NCBI GenBank assembly: GCA_965113315.1
Contig: OZ220365.1
From: Podarcis vaucheri
Lineage: Eukaryota
DNA length: 64,000 nucleotides
Direction: 5' to 3' (one strand)
Shown here: positions 23,301 to 35,300 of the stretch, piece by piece
Numbering within the stretch: the first letter of the stretch is position 1
Layout of the letters: each line of letters starts with the position of its first letter
Position numbers and translations under genes: made by a program
Notes under the pieces: model-generated
Told to the model about the DNA's origin: nothing
Seen by the model: the letters and a program-made list of their open reading frames with translations, nothing else
Databases searched by the model: none

Positions 23301-26300
23301 CATGTGTACTTTGCTTGCAAAAAGGAATAATTTTTAAAAAAATAAAAAGTGGCCAAGGAATATAGAAAAAAGCTATGTGAAGCAAGCCAGTATGAGGATA
23401 CAGTGGTACCTTGGGTTACATACACTTCAGGTTACAGACTCCGCTAACCCAGAAATAGTACCTCGGGTTAAGAACTTTGCTTCAGGATGAGAACAGAAAT
23501 CATGCGAGGGCAGTTCAGCAGCAGTGGGAGGCCCCATTACCTAAAGTGTTGCTTCAGGTTAAGAACAGTTTCAGGTTAAGAACAGATCTCTGGACAAATT
23601 AAGTATGTAACCTGAGATGCCACTGTACAGGGCTGAACAGCTGTGAATATTGTACCACAGCAGGACTGGTGAAGCAGCTTGGCAAAAAGCACCATCACGA
23701 GCACTCATTAAATTGAAGGCTAGGAAAAGTTCAGGGCTTTTTCCTTATAGCAGCCTTCCCCAGCTTGGTCCCTCCATATGTTTTTGGACCATAACTCCTG
23801 TTAGCTTCAGCCATTGGGGACGATGGCCCTAGAACACGGAGAAGGATCAAAGAAAATATATTCAGGTTAACACACTTTGATGCCGTTCATTTGTAAATAA
23901 ACAGATTAGTACAAAGTTCACCACAAGTCTTCAGTGATATCTATCCACCAGGAATAGCTTTGTGAAGATAGTCCTAAACTGTCTACAACATGGAAAACAA
24001 AAGTATGAAAGTGATGTTGTAAGGAGGAAAGCAGCATTTAATAAATCTCTCTTGTTTATGTCTAGTTGGAATTGGATCCCTCTCAGACCAGCACAGTTCT
24101 CCCTGATCTTTTTTCAAAAACACTCTATAATGTTGAGCTTGTTGCAGTATATGACGAAGGACCGTCTATGCCAGTAGCTGCAGAAGGCACCACTTGTAAG
24201 TCAACTCTATTGCTTAATAGGTTTTCTTAGATCAGATGTGGAGAACCTTTGGCCCACCAAATGTCACTGAACTAGAACTCCCACCAGTCCCAGCAAGCAT
24301 GGCCAAGGATGATTGGAATAGTAGTTCGGCAACATCTGGAGTACAAAAGATTGCCCGTAGCTGTGTCAGTTTCTTAAAGAAATGTAGGGTTTAAAATGTT
24401 GAGTTTTGTAAAGAGTAATGGCCTAGACCAGAATGACTCTAGAGGAGGAGACTTAGGTTGTTCTCCTAATCATCATCCTAGGTGGGAGGTGCCAGAAGGA
24501 AAACATGAAAAGATGAAGCAGCAGCTCCTACCTCTACAGTATATGTAGCAATCACAAATTGGGCAGCAACAAGCATGCTGCCATTAACATAGGAACTGTA
24601 TTCACCAATGAGATCATGGATTCAAATCCAGACAGTATCCCTGGCAATAGCTCCTATCAGGCATGCTGCCAGAAATTGCATTGTAGAAGTGATTAATTAG
24701 CTCTCTGGCACAGCATCAGGATTGGCATAACGCCCACTGTGGTGATTAAACAGTGTCTTTGGTACAGCTTTCCTCAGGTATATTGTTGTGAATAGTGCCT
24801 TTGGTTCTCAAGGAGAAAGCTGCAAAGGATCAGCTTTTTCATTTGCCCTCAGGCATGGCAGACTCACATAACAGTGGGAGGACACTTTGTAGGGCACACC
24901 TGGCATGAAATTTTGCACCCCAGATCACTTGGTGGTCTGGTATTTAGGACTCATGAGGAACACAGGGAAAGAAAACACGAAGTTGGATGTGCCGTATGGG
25001 AAAAGCATCAACACAAATAATGACCATAACATAGACGAGGACCAGAAACCTGAAGAGGTTTCATAAAGGCAGAGAAAAGGGCCAAAGGGGACAACATAGA
25101 ACTGGCCATATCCCAGCCAGAACACTGTGGACACTGTCAGTCCATGTACACCATGCCCCTGCACACCCACCTTAACAGAGTTCACTGGGGTAGGATTGTT
25201 CTGCAGAGCACCACTAAGTTTATAAAGGAAGCATGTTGTTGAAACAGCTTATATCCACACACAACCTTTATAGATAAAAATCACTATGATGGCATTTCTG
25301 TGACCACCCCTGACTAGAAGCACTTAAGATGTGAATAGAGACTTCATCACTGGCACAAACATTGGGTGGGTGGGGGTGGGGGAAGGATGTTGAACAGATA
25401 GAGAAGTGCACTATGGAGGATAAAGAAGAGGTTTTAAAACTCCTGTTTCCATGTACAGTATTGTTGTTTGAGTTAAAATGGGCTTGTTGAGCTCCTCAAC
25501 TACCCATAGGCCCCAGGCAGATATCCGGTCTTGCCATATTCTGATTCTGGGCATGGCAGATGCAGTGGCATTCTGCAATGTGGAGACTGTGGAGCCAAAA
25601 GACAGCCTGACAATCCTACTGTAGTAAAATAATCTGTGCTGTTTAAGGATTTCACCCTATGAGTATATGGCATGTAAACTGTTCTGTACATTCCCCATGT
25701 GGTTTGTGTCCAAACTCCAAACGTCTTATGTGGTGGATTAGTCTCTGCACATAACCTTGCATTTCTAGAAATGTTTAGTTTGTAGGGTTTTTCCTCTTGT
25801 GAGACAATTTCTCACTTCCTTTTTCCTTCCTGACAGTACCAGTACCAGCACCACAAAATCTAAGAACTGATCAAGTAACCAAGACAAGTTTCAGAGGTAC
25901 TTGGGACCATGGAGCACCTGATGTAGCTCTCTACAGAGTAGAATGGGGACCACCTGGTGAAGAGAAGCTACAGGTAAGAATTTTTCAATAACCCCCAAAT
26001 CAATCACTTTAAACCCTTTTTGTGTGTTTAATGCTGTTTGCTGGAAATGTTAAACTGGCCACTGTGTTTTCTAAATTTTTGATACCTAGGGAACCAGTTT
26101 CTTCATTAAGTCTGGAGACACATTGAATCCTTTTGAATACAAAAGTGACTGTATGTGTTCTCCCCCTTGGAACTATAGATTAGCTCAGTTAATATTTCCT
26201 CCTGGCACCCCATAGTGTGGTGGCACTGTGGTATAAACCACAGAGCCTAGGGCTTGCTGATCAGAAGGTTGGTGGTATGAATCCCTGCGACGGGGTGAGC

Positions 26301-29300
26301 TCCCGTTGCTCGGTCCCTGCTCCTACCAACCTAGCAGTTTGAAAGCATGTCAAAGTGCAGGTAGATAAATAGGTACCGCTCCAGCGGGAAGGTAAACGGC
26401 GTTTCTGTGTGCTGCTCTGGTTCGCCAGAAGCAGCTTAGTCATGCTGGCCACATGACCCAGAAGCTGTACGCCGGCTCCCTCGGCCCGTAAAGCGAGATG
26501 AGCGCTGCAACCCCAGAGTCGTCTGTGACTGGACCTAACGGTCAGGGGTCCCTTTTCCTTTTTTATGGTTGGGTTGCACTGCTCACTTAACCACCCTCTG
26601 CCTGAGTTGCTGCTGTGTGCTGATCTTCCCTCTTCCCTCATGCTCTCCAAGGAACTCACTTGGAGGGAGGTAAAGTGAATGATCCCCAGCAGAGATTTAA
26701 AATCGCAGAACATGCAGCAAAGTAAAGCATGGAAGTATAGGCGGTTAGATCTTTAAAATATCCCCTTCTAAATGGCTTCCAAAGTTACCCATTTCCTTTA
26801 CTATAGAAAGAGACCACATGTTTGGTAAGTCAAAATGGTTTACTTAAGAACTCTTCAAAGGTCAGATTCATGTGCTTTTTCATGCAATAGCAAGAAGAGA
26901 CAGGCAATACAACTTAGTTTGAAAAAGTAGTAAAATGTTTATAAATTATTTGTATAGAAACACAAAGATGGCTTGCTAAAGCCATGTGGTCTAAGCTTGG
27001 AGCATCTAGCTTCAACATCCTTAGTAGAGTTCACTTGGTGGAAGAAGAAAAGAACAAAGAGTTTGGTAACCTTTCCTTCAAGGGTGAAGAGGTGTGACTT
27101 AGCTAAGCCTGGCAGAACAGCTTACTCTTCTTAATCCTTCATGCATTACTTAGTGTTAAGCATGATGGCTATATGAAGCTAGTTTATCCCACAGTTGCCA
27201 CTGCCCATATAAAATGGTTCATTATCACATAAAGCTGACCATAAAATCATGGTTGGATAATTAGCCTGTGGACAAGCTATGTGCTGGTGCATGCAGCTCA
27301 AACACTCCCCAAATTACTCACTGTCTTTCGATAATGGGGAAACAAATGACAGAGTGGCTGGCCTAGTGTTATGTGTGAATCAGAGCTTGTGGTTTCTTTA
27401 TGAATAAACTGGAAGCAGAAGCTTGGGTATGTTCATACACATCCTAATTTCCTTCAGTGTAGTTTATGAAAAGCTTTCTGTCATAAAGTGGCCAATGGCA
27501 GAGGTGGGGGAGACTAATACTTCATAGGATGATGGTCTCCTTGCTCTGAAAGACATAGGGTTGTAGATTTATCCAACATGTTGGCTTAATTTTTCAAGGA
27601 CATAACAACCTCTTCCTGTAGCGCACAGTGTATAAATCACTGTTGATCAATTGTCTGTAGATGGATTTCTGTATTTAAAGAACTGTAGATGGATTTCTGT
27701 ATTTAAAGAACTGTAGATGGATTTCTGTATTTAAAGATCTGTTCTAGTCCATGAAAAATGTTAATTGTTAAATATATTGCCTCAATGAGTGAGTAACTTT
27801 CTTTCTTTCCCCCCATCCCCTGTCACTTCCAAAGACAATTCTTAATGGTGATGAAAATACTCTAGTTTTTGAAAATTTGAACCCAGACACACTCTATGAG
27901 ATTGGAGTTACTGCAATTTATCCCGATGAATCAGAGAGTGATGAACTGATTGGCAGTGAGACCACATGTAAGAAATTCTGAAATGCATTCATACATGGAT
28001 TACAATTTGTAACAATAGTATTCAAATGAAAGACATGTTTTTAATGCAAACTTGCTCTGTTTGTGTTTCTCCCCCTCCTATAGTGCCCGAGGTGCCTCTG
28101 ACAACAGCAGGTAAGAGCCTGAATTCATTAATAACATTTTATATATGAGGATTATACAGATACCAAAAGACAGATCTAGTCCAAACCAAGCCAGGATGCA
28201 GAGAAGCCAATGTTTCTATACAGCATACTTAGTGGTGACTCATAAAAGGGGAGAGAGGCAGAGTCAATGGTGTCATTCTGGCAGTGGCAGCACTTAGCTA
28301 GTCAGGGTGAGGTGGAGATGAGGTCAAGTGACCTCTGGGTTGGTGGCAGTGCATACACCTATAGAGCTTCTGCCATCCTAGAGTTCCCTCAATTCATCAC
28401 TGCCACTTTGTTCCCTCACCCCTGCCCCGAGTTCACCATCACTACTGGGAAGATACCACTGCCTTAATCTCTACCGCTGAAAGTACTCCTGTGTGTACAC
28501 AGGCTTTGTCCCTTCTTGAGTTTCTCTCATGCGTTGTGGGGTGTTGCTCTGGAGGTTTGCCTGATTTTCAGCAGGCTTTTCAGAGGGTGTGTGGTTTGAG
28601 GTGATGCAGACAGAAGAAAAAAGCCATTACCCTATGTCCACTGAAGTACTTTCCATCCATACAAAAGATAGGGTGGCTTTAAAAAAAAGTGACAATTTGG
28701 TGAATTAATAGCAACTTTTGTATATTTGGTGATGTTCTACTCCCCATTAATCATGTTTAGCTCCACGCAACATTTCCATTCAGTTCTCCTTTGCCCCTTC
28801 TTATATAAGTCATTCTGATATAATCTTGCCCAAATTCTGCAGTTGGGTGGATTTTGTTGTTCTCAGCAGGCCCCTATATGTGTATTGTTATTCCAAGGTG
28901 CTGCTGCTGCTGCTGATTTTCAGTAATGTCATGTAGAATGACTCAATATATGTTGTTTATTATATCTCTTTGCTAAACAACCCTTTAATAAATTCATTTC
29001 AGCTCCAACAGGTCCCCCAAGAAACCTTCAGGTATACAATGCAACGTCCAATAGCCTGACTGTCAAATGGGATCCTGCCATTGGACGAGTGCAGCGGTAC
29101 AGGATCACCTATCGACCTACAACTGGCGATGGTGCTGAACAATCGGTAACCAACTCTGAAACTATTCTCTAATGGGGGAAAGCAGCATTGTGCTCCTGAA
29201 CAAATATCTGCTTTTGAAAACATGAGCTTGTCAGATTGTTTTGTTTTCATGTTCTACAGTTCTGCAGAAAAGTATTTATATTACAAAATCAAAGAAAGTG

Positions 29301-32300
29301 GATTTGTTTCCTGTATAAGTAGAACCCACAAGATGACTCATGGTGGTCTTTCAGATGTAATCTGGCAAATATCAGTTTCTCAGAGCCTGCAGAACAAACA
29401 GTTGCCAGGGATTGCTTTTTACTGGGGTGTTCTGTCCAAAGGCTCTTTCAAACACTGCAGATTTCTGACATACCATGGTGAAAAAGCATGCAGATTATTT
29501 TAAATTGTCATGTGTCACAGTTGTATGCAATATGGTTGGTCACTGTGGGAGCAGAATGCTGACTAGAGAGGCATTTGTTCTGCTCCAACAGGACTCTTGT
29601 ATTCTTATTTTGCTGTATGTATTCACATCTTCCTAGTGTGTTTATATTACTTGTTCATTTATTACTTGTACATGCTTTTCTCTTTATGGAAATGCTTTTT
29701 ATGTAGGAACTTTGTTGCGTCTGGTCTTTGTAAATGCTGACAATATCTGTTCAACTGGCCACAACAGAAGCCAAAGATATTTCTTTGGAGCCCATAGGCA
29801 AAGCATTTAGATCATGAGACAATGTGGGAATCATCATGTTTTGCTGTTCCAATAAACATAAAGCTTAATTTTCTTTGGGTAGCAGAATTGGCCTTATATG
29901 CCCTTTAGCTGTAGATTGAGGACCTGGAGATCTGTACTCACTAACTAATATGTAGAAATAAGAAAGATGATCCATAAAGAGCTCAGATCATTCAACATTT
30001 AATATTTTATTCACATGGGTTTAACAAATGACTAATGCAGTTCTGGTATTTTTTCTTTAATCCACTGAAGGAAAAAGTCAAACAATGTATATTGACTTAG
30101 GCAGACAGTATTGTCTGGAAAACAGAAACTTGTATACTTGTAGTATATACAAACTGTATCCTTTCAGCATCTTTGGAATTTAGCTGCCTGCTTCTTCAAT
30201 TTACATTTCATTCCATTGTTTTTTAGACCACAGTAGGAGGGAGGCAGAACAGTGTTGTACTACAGAAGCTGCAACCTGAGACACGTTATAGTGTTACGGT
30301 TTCATCCATATATGCAGAAGGTGAAGGGGGACGAATGACAGGCAGTGGCAAAACCAGTAAGTAAAACAACTTTGGTTTTCTCATTTGTGAAGAATTATGC
30401 AAGAGTAATGCTAAATCACTTATAAAGTTGGCAGGCTTGGCTTTTCCTTTGTTGAAGTCCCCATAGATATTCATTTCTTTGTGTGAAACACCCCCTTTTT
30501 TTGAGAAATACCAAAACTTGCTCTGAAAGTGAAAATACCTTCTTCTTTTTTCACGTCTGATTTTATATTGATAATTATATATAATTTCATATTGAAAATA
30601 TCTGTAATCTTTATCTTGGAGGTTTGGCAGCTTTTCTTTTTGTTTGTGTATAAAAGAGAGTGAGAGGGAGACTTTCTGGATAATTTTTTTTTATTGCACA
30701 ATCATCACACAATTCTTACTCATCTGTGGTGCAACCTTCCAGACTTATTTTTCCAGGTTTGGACTGCTGAATGCATTTACACAATTTTCAGGGAAACCTG
30801 TTAGTCAGTGACCTTGTTGTCACTGGTAATAGGTGGCAGAGTTCACATCCCAATACTCTGCTATTTTTGTTTAAGTAAGTAATACATTTAGCTTAAGGAT
30901 GAATGTCTGTCAGCTATATCACTCAAACTGGGAGCACACATGGAGCCTGTTAAATCCAACAAAAAGAAGCAACAAATATCTACCAGCTAGGCTACCTGCT
31001 CCCACTGCTGTAGTGCCTGGCCCTTTTATATGAATATGTCACATTTTCTTCTTTCCCCTCTATTTAAATTTAGTTCTTTCAAAGACATGTGCTCCTTTTA
31101 TTCCACATTCTGGAAAGACCCTTGGTGTCAACATTCTTTTGGATCCTTATCATTACTACTCAATGGATTTCACTCAAGGATAATAAACCCCGGATTTTTT
31201 TTAAAAACTGCAGCCAGTATGTGTACATGTTCTCCAAAAACCGTGCTCTTGATTAATTTGCCACAATTATCTTTTGAAATTTTCAAACTTTAGTTTTATG
31301 CGAAAGAGGAACATTCTGAATGTTCTGACATGGTTGACATGGTTGGCTAGAACAAGAGAGATGAATTTTATTAAGACAAATTATACTTCGTAGTTATCTA
31401 GAATAGAAATAACTTTTTTTCTTAACAGTGGAAGACAAGTAGATAAGTACACTAGTCCAAAGAGTGGAAGGCAAAATGGTAGGAATAGTTCAAGGGTTAT
31501 GTGTCATAAGGGACACTGTATTGTTGAGAGTGGGGAAGAATATTTATTAGTCATATTTTAATCCTGTCTTTTCACTATGACCACAGGCCTTGGGGACAAA
31601 TGTGGCCCCCAGGCATTCTATCTAGCCCTTCAGGCTCTCCCTAGGCCATTCCCCAAGCCATGTACCTTACTGGCTCTGCTATATGCTTTCCTTAAATGTC
31701 CTTGCCTGTGCTAATTCCTCTCGTTTGCCTGAACGGAGGGATAGAGATTTGTGTGTCTAGTGTATTGAAGCCTCTGATTTTTGCATGGCTGGAATGTAGC
31801 TCACTAGACACAAATCCATTGCTTCTGCACTTTTGCCTCTAGCCCTGCCTGTTACTGGAAAGTTCCCCACAAGGGAAAGTGGCACTTGGCCCTGAAAATA
31901 AATCCCCCATCTATGGATGGGGGAGAAATTTAAATCAGTTGTCATTTAAAGGCTAAACTATCAAACTGGCCCTTTCCAAAACAATATGAGAACAGCCATC
32001 CTTTGAAATTCACATATATCCAAATTTTGCATTGCAGTTCTCTGACCAATGTTTTTGTTTTACCAAAATGCATATATTGTGGAAAGTGTGAATAAAAATA
32101 AATGCATTAGTGAAAAAAACTTACAAAAATGCAGTAGGGATAATTGTTTGCAAAAATGTGTACATTAATCAAAATGCATATGAAATGTATTTATAAAGAG
32201 AATTTTTAACTAAAACATTGATGAATTTCATGAGGGTGGTTTTTTTTTAACAAACAAATGAACACAAATTTCTGCAAAATGTGGAATTTAAGTTGGGAAA

Positions 32301-35300
32301 AGTGAGAAACAGAGAACTGAAACTGACAAATCCTTCCCTCTCTATCCCCATATCTGCATTATGGAGCTACATCAGTATTTTACAACTGGATATCTCAGTT
32401 GGTTAGAGCGTGGTGCTGATAACGCCAAGGTCACAGGTTCGATTCCCATATGGGACAGTTAGAGTAGATGATCCTCAGGGTTCCTTCCAAGTCTACAATT
32501 CACATTTGCCCCATCCGTTGAGTGTGAAGACACAAGACAAGTGGCAACTCAGTCATGCCATGAGCAGCATGCCAGGCTAACTGTTGGGTTGGAAGGATGA
32601 ATAGCTGTTCTTTCCTTCCTAAGCCTCCTTGCAAGGAACTGCATCTCCTATTTTTAAACTCCCTTTGTGCTCAAGTATGGCAGACTAGATTCATCTTGCA
32701 AGTGTTTTGGGGCAAAGTGTTACTTGTCACTGACCAAGGCTAGGCACAGCCACTCACATGATGCAACATGATGCACAATAGTAAGATCCTCTGAGTCTGA
32801 AAATGCATTCTGTTTATCTCAGAACCTCTCAACACTGTGAAGAACCTCAGAGTCTATGATCCAACTACCAGCACATTGAATGTTCGATGGGATCATGCTG
32901 AAGGGAACCCTCGTCAGTACAAGTTGCTTTATGCACCAGTGGCGGGAGGTGCAGATGAACTGGTATTCCTTTTTACTTTTGTATACTTCATACTTGCCCT
33001 GTACTTGCAACTGTTTTTTGCTAGAGGTGGTTTCAGAATTAGGCAGGGGCACAACTTAGAGCTGAATTTTCCATTCAGAAAATTGTGTATGGTACAACCC
33101 TCTTGGGACTGTATTACTTAAGTGTACAGGTGAGGAGTTCATATGTTTGACTCCTACTCTATGAGCATAGAGCAATGGCAAACCAGGGAGAAAGCTAGGG
33201 CACAATCCTTACTGTTGACATCTGGCTGGGCAGATTAGAACATGCAGCAACCCTTTCCCTGCATGCAGGAAACAGCTTGCTGGAGTGGGCAGAGCTACTA
33301 CTCCTGGCCTCCTGGTGGGTAAATTTCTTTTGCTTATCAGCAAGGAGATGGGAAAGGTTAGATTTGCTCTGCTGGAGCATTTGCACCACACCAGACTCCC
33401 CAATACCATGCCCCTCTCCCTTCCAATAAGCAACAGTGACCCACCTGCCAGGTAGCGAATTCCGCCTCACCTGGCGAGTTGCTGCTGTTGCATGCTGAAC
33501 TTTCATAATTCTAGGAAGGTGTCTTGTTGTCCTTAAACAGCAGCAGCAGCAGCAGCAACAACAACAACCACCACCACCAGGCAGCACCCACGGGTTTCAA
33601 ACCACTGTTGTCGATTGCAGGATCCAAGCAATGTGTTGGCCGGTGGAACCGCTGATTTGCACGATCCAAGCTATGCGTTGGTTGATGGAACTGCTGGGCT
33701 AAGCTGGCTCATCTTGTTGTCCTTTGAACATGAAGATCAGTCCTTATATGGTGGAAAATATCCCAATAAAACCATTCCCTCTTCCTTTTTTCCTTTTGTA
33801 ACCCAACAGGCAACTGTTCCAGGCAACACAAATTATGCAGTTCTAAGAAATCTCCAGCCTGACACACAGTACAAAGTAACTGTGATTCCTGTTTACCCAG
33901 AAGGTGATGGAGGGCGAGCGTCTGACAATGGGAAAACTTGTAAGTAACACTATGTTGTTTTTTCTTCATAAAATATTGAGGCATTGGACTTTGAGCCACA
34001 ATTCAGTGCTGAGCAACTTAAACCCACTTATTTTAGTTAACTTAGTTAACCGCACCATATTATACTATTGTACAGATAGTTAAGATAAAACCCTTTGAGG
34101 CCCTTTTGCACACACTTCCCTCTATGGACAGGGATGTGTGAAAGGGTATTTTCCAATTCTCTAATGCAGAGTAGGATAAGAACATGAATATAGATGCCTC
34201 TGAGCGATAAGGTCTCTGCCACCATGTTTTGAGCTTTCAATGCAATCTTATTTGTCTCTGTGTAGTTCAGTGGGAAGTACTGCCAGGTTAAATATCTATA
34301 GGATTACACTATTTTACATCCCAACCCTATCCATGTTTACTTGGAAGTAAATGCAATTTTATTTGATGGAACTTATTTCCAATTAACTGTGGTGTTAAAG
34401 AGAAAATACAGGGTTGGAGAACTTCTAGCCCTCCAGATGTTGCTGGACTCAAGATTCCATCATCCCTGAACATTGGCCATGCTAGTTTGAGCTGATAGTA
34501 GTTGGAATCCCAACAACATCTGAAGTCCACTGATTCCCCACCCCTTGGCAACAGCATTCTTAGAATAGTCCATTCATTTTATAACCACTCTCTCCTGCTA
34601 TCTGGCTCTGCAACTAAGGAGTTATTATTTAGTCCAAAACTATCTGACATTATTTTTGATTCAGTAATGAGAGGAACAGCAAGAGGCATCCAAGTTTACA
34701 ACCCAACACCAAACAGCCTTAATGTCCAATGGGAACCTGCACCAGGACCAGTGCAGCAATACAGAGTTGTCTATGCTCCATTGATTGGCACACGGCCATC
34801 AGAATCTGTAAGTAATTTAACCTCCTGGGCCTTTCCATATATGAATTATTGGGTATAAAGGCATACTACGGTGATTTATTTCTGGTGAAAACATAAATAT
34901 CTATATAAAGTGTCCTATTCCATCCTACTTCTCTGAATGTCATTCTATATTTGCTGCACATATTTTAATTTAACTGTAAACATCGGTAGACCAAAATCAG
35001 AGAAGGTAAATGTCAGGATCATTTGTTATAAAACATTAAATTTCTAACTGCCAGTTTCATTTTCAAACTTTGTTGAAATATGGGAAGAAAGTTAGTCAGC
35101 TTATTTTGGGAAGCAGACCAATTTCGCCACCTAATAACTCTCTCAGATGACTGCTTGGCTGCACCCCAAACTATAGCATGCACTGAACTTGCTGCATGAT
35201 TGGGGGTAACTTTCTCTTATATGAATTTATGATTAAAGAATACATTTTCCCTCTTAAAATGCTACAGATTCTCAGTATTCAGCAGATACCCTGTTGTATT

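Noticed and set aside
25365-25385. G-quadruplex-capable G-runs (also ~4248-4262 and ~62087-62106)
   Set aside because: Common low-complexity intronic sequence with no supporting context.
26261-26713. 150-aa minus-strand ORF
   Set aside because: Antisense translation of a Sauria SINE.
27655-27738. CRISPR-like 28-bp direct repeats
   Set aside because: Units are contiguous with no spacers, there are no cas genes, and the context is a vertebrate intron.
33195-33587. Poly-Cys 130-aa minus-strand ORF
   Set aside because: Product of the (CAG)(CAA)(CCA) triplet repeat.
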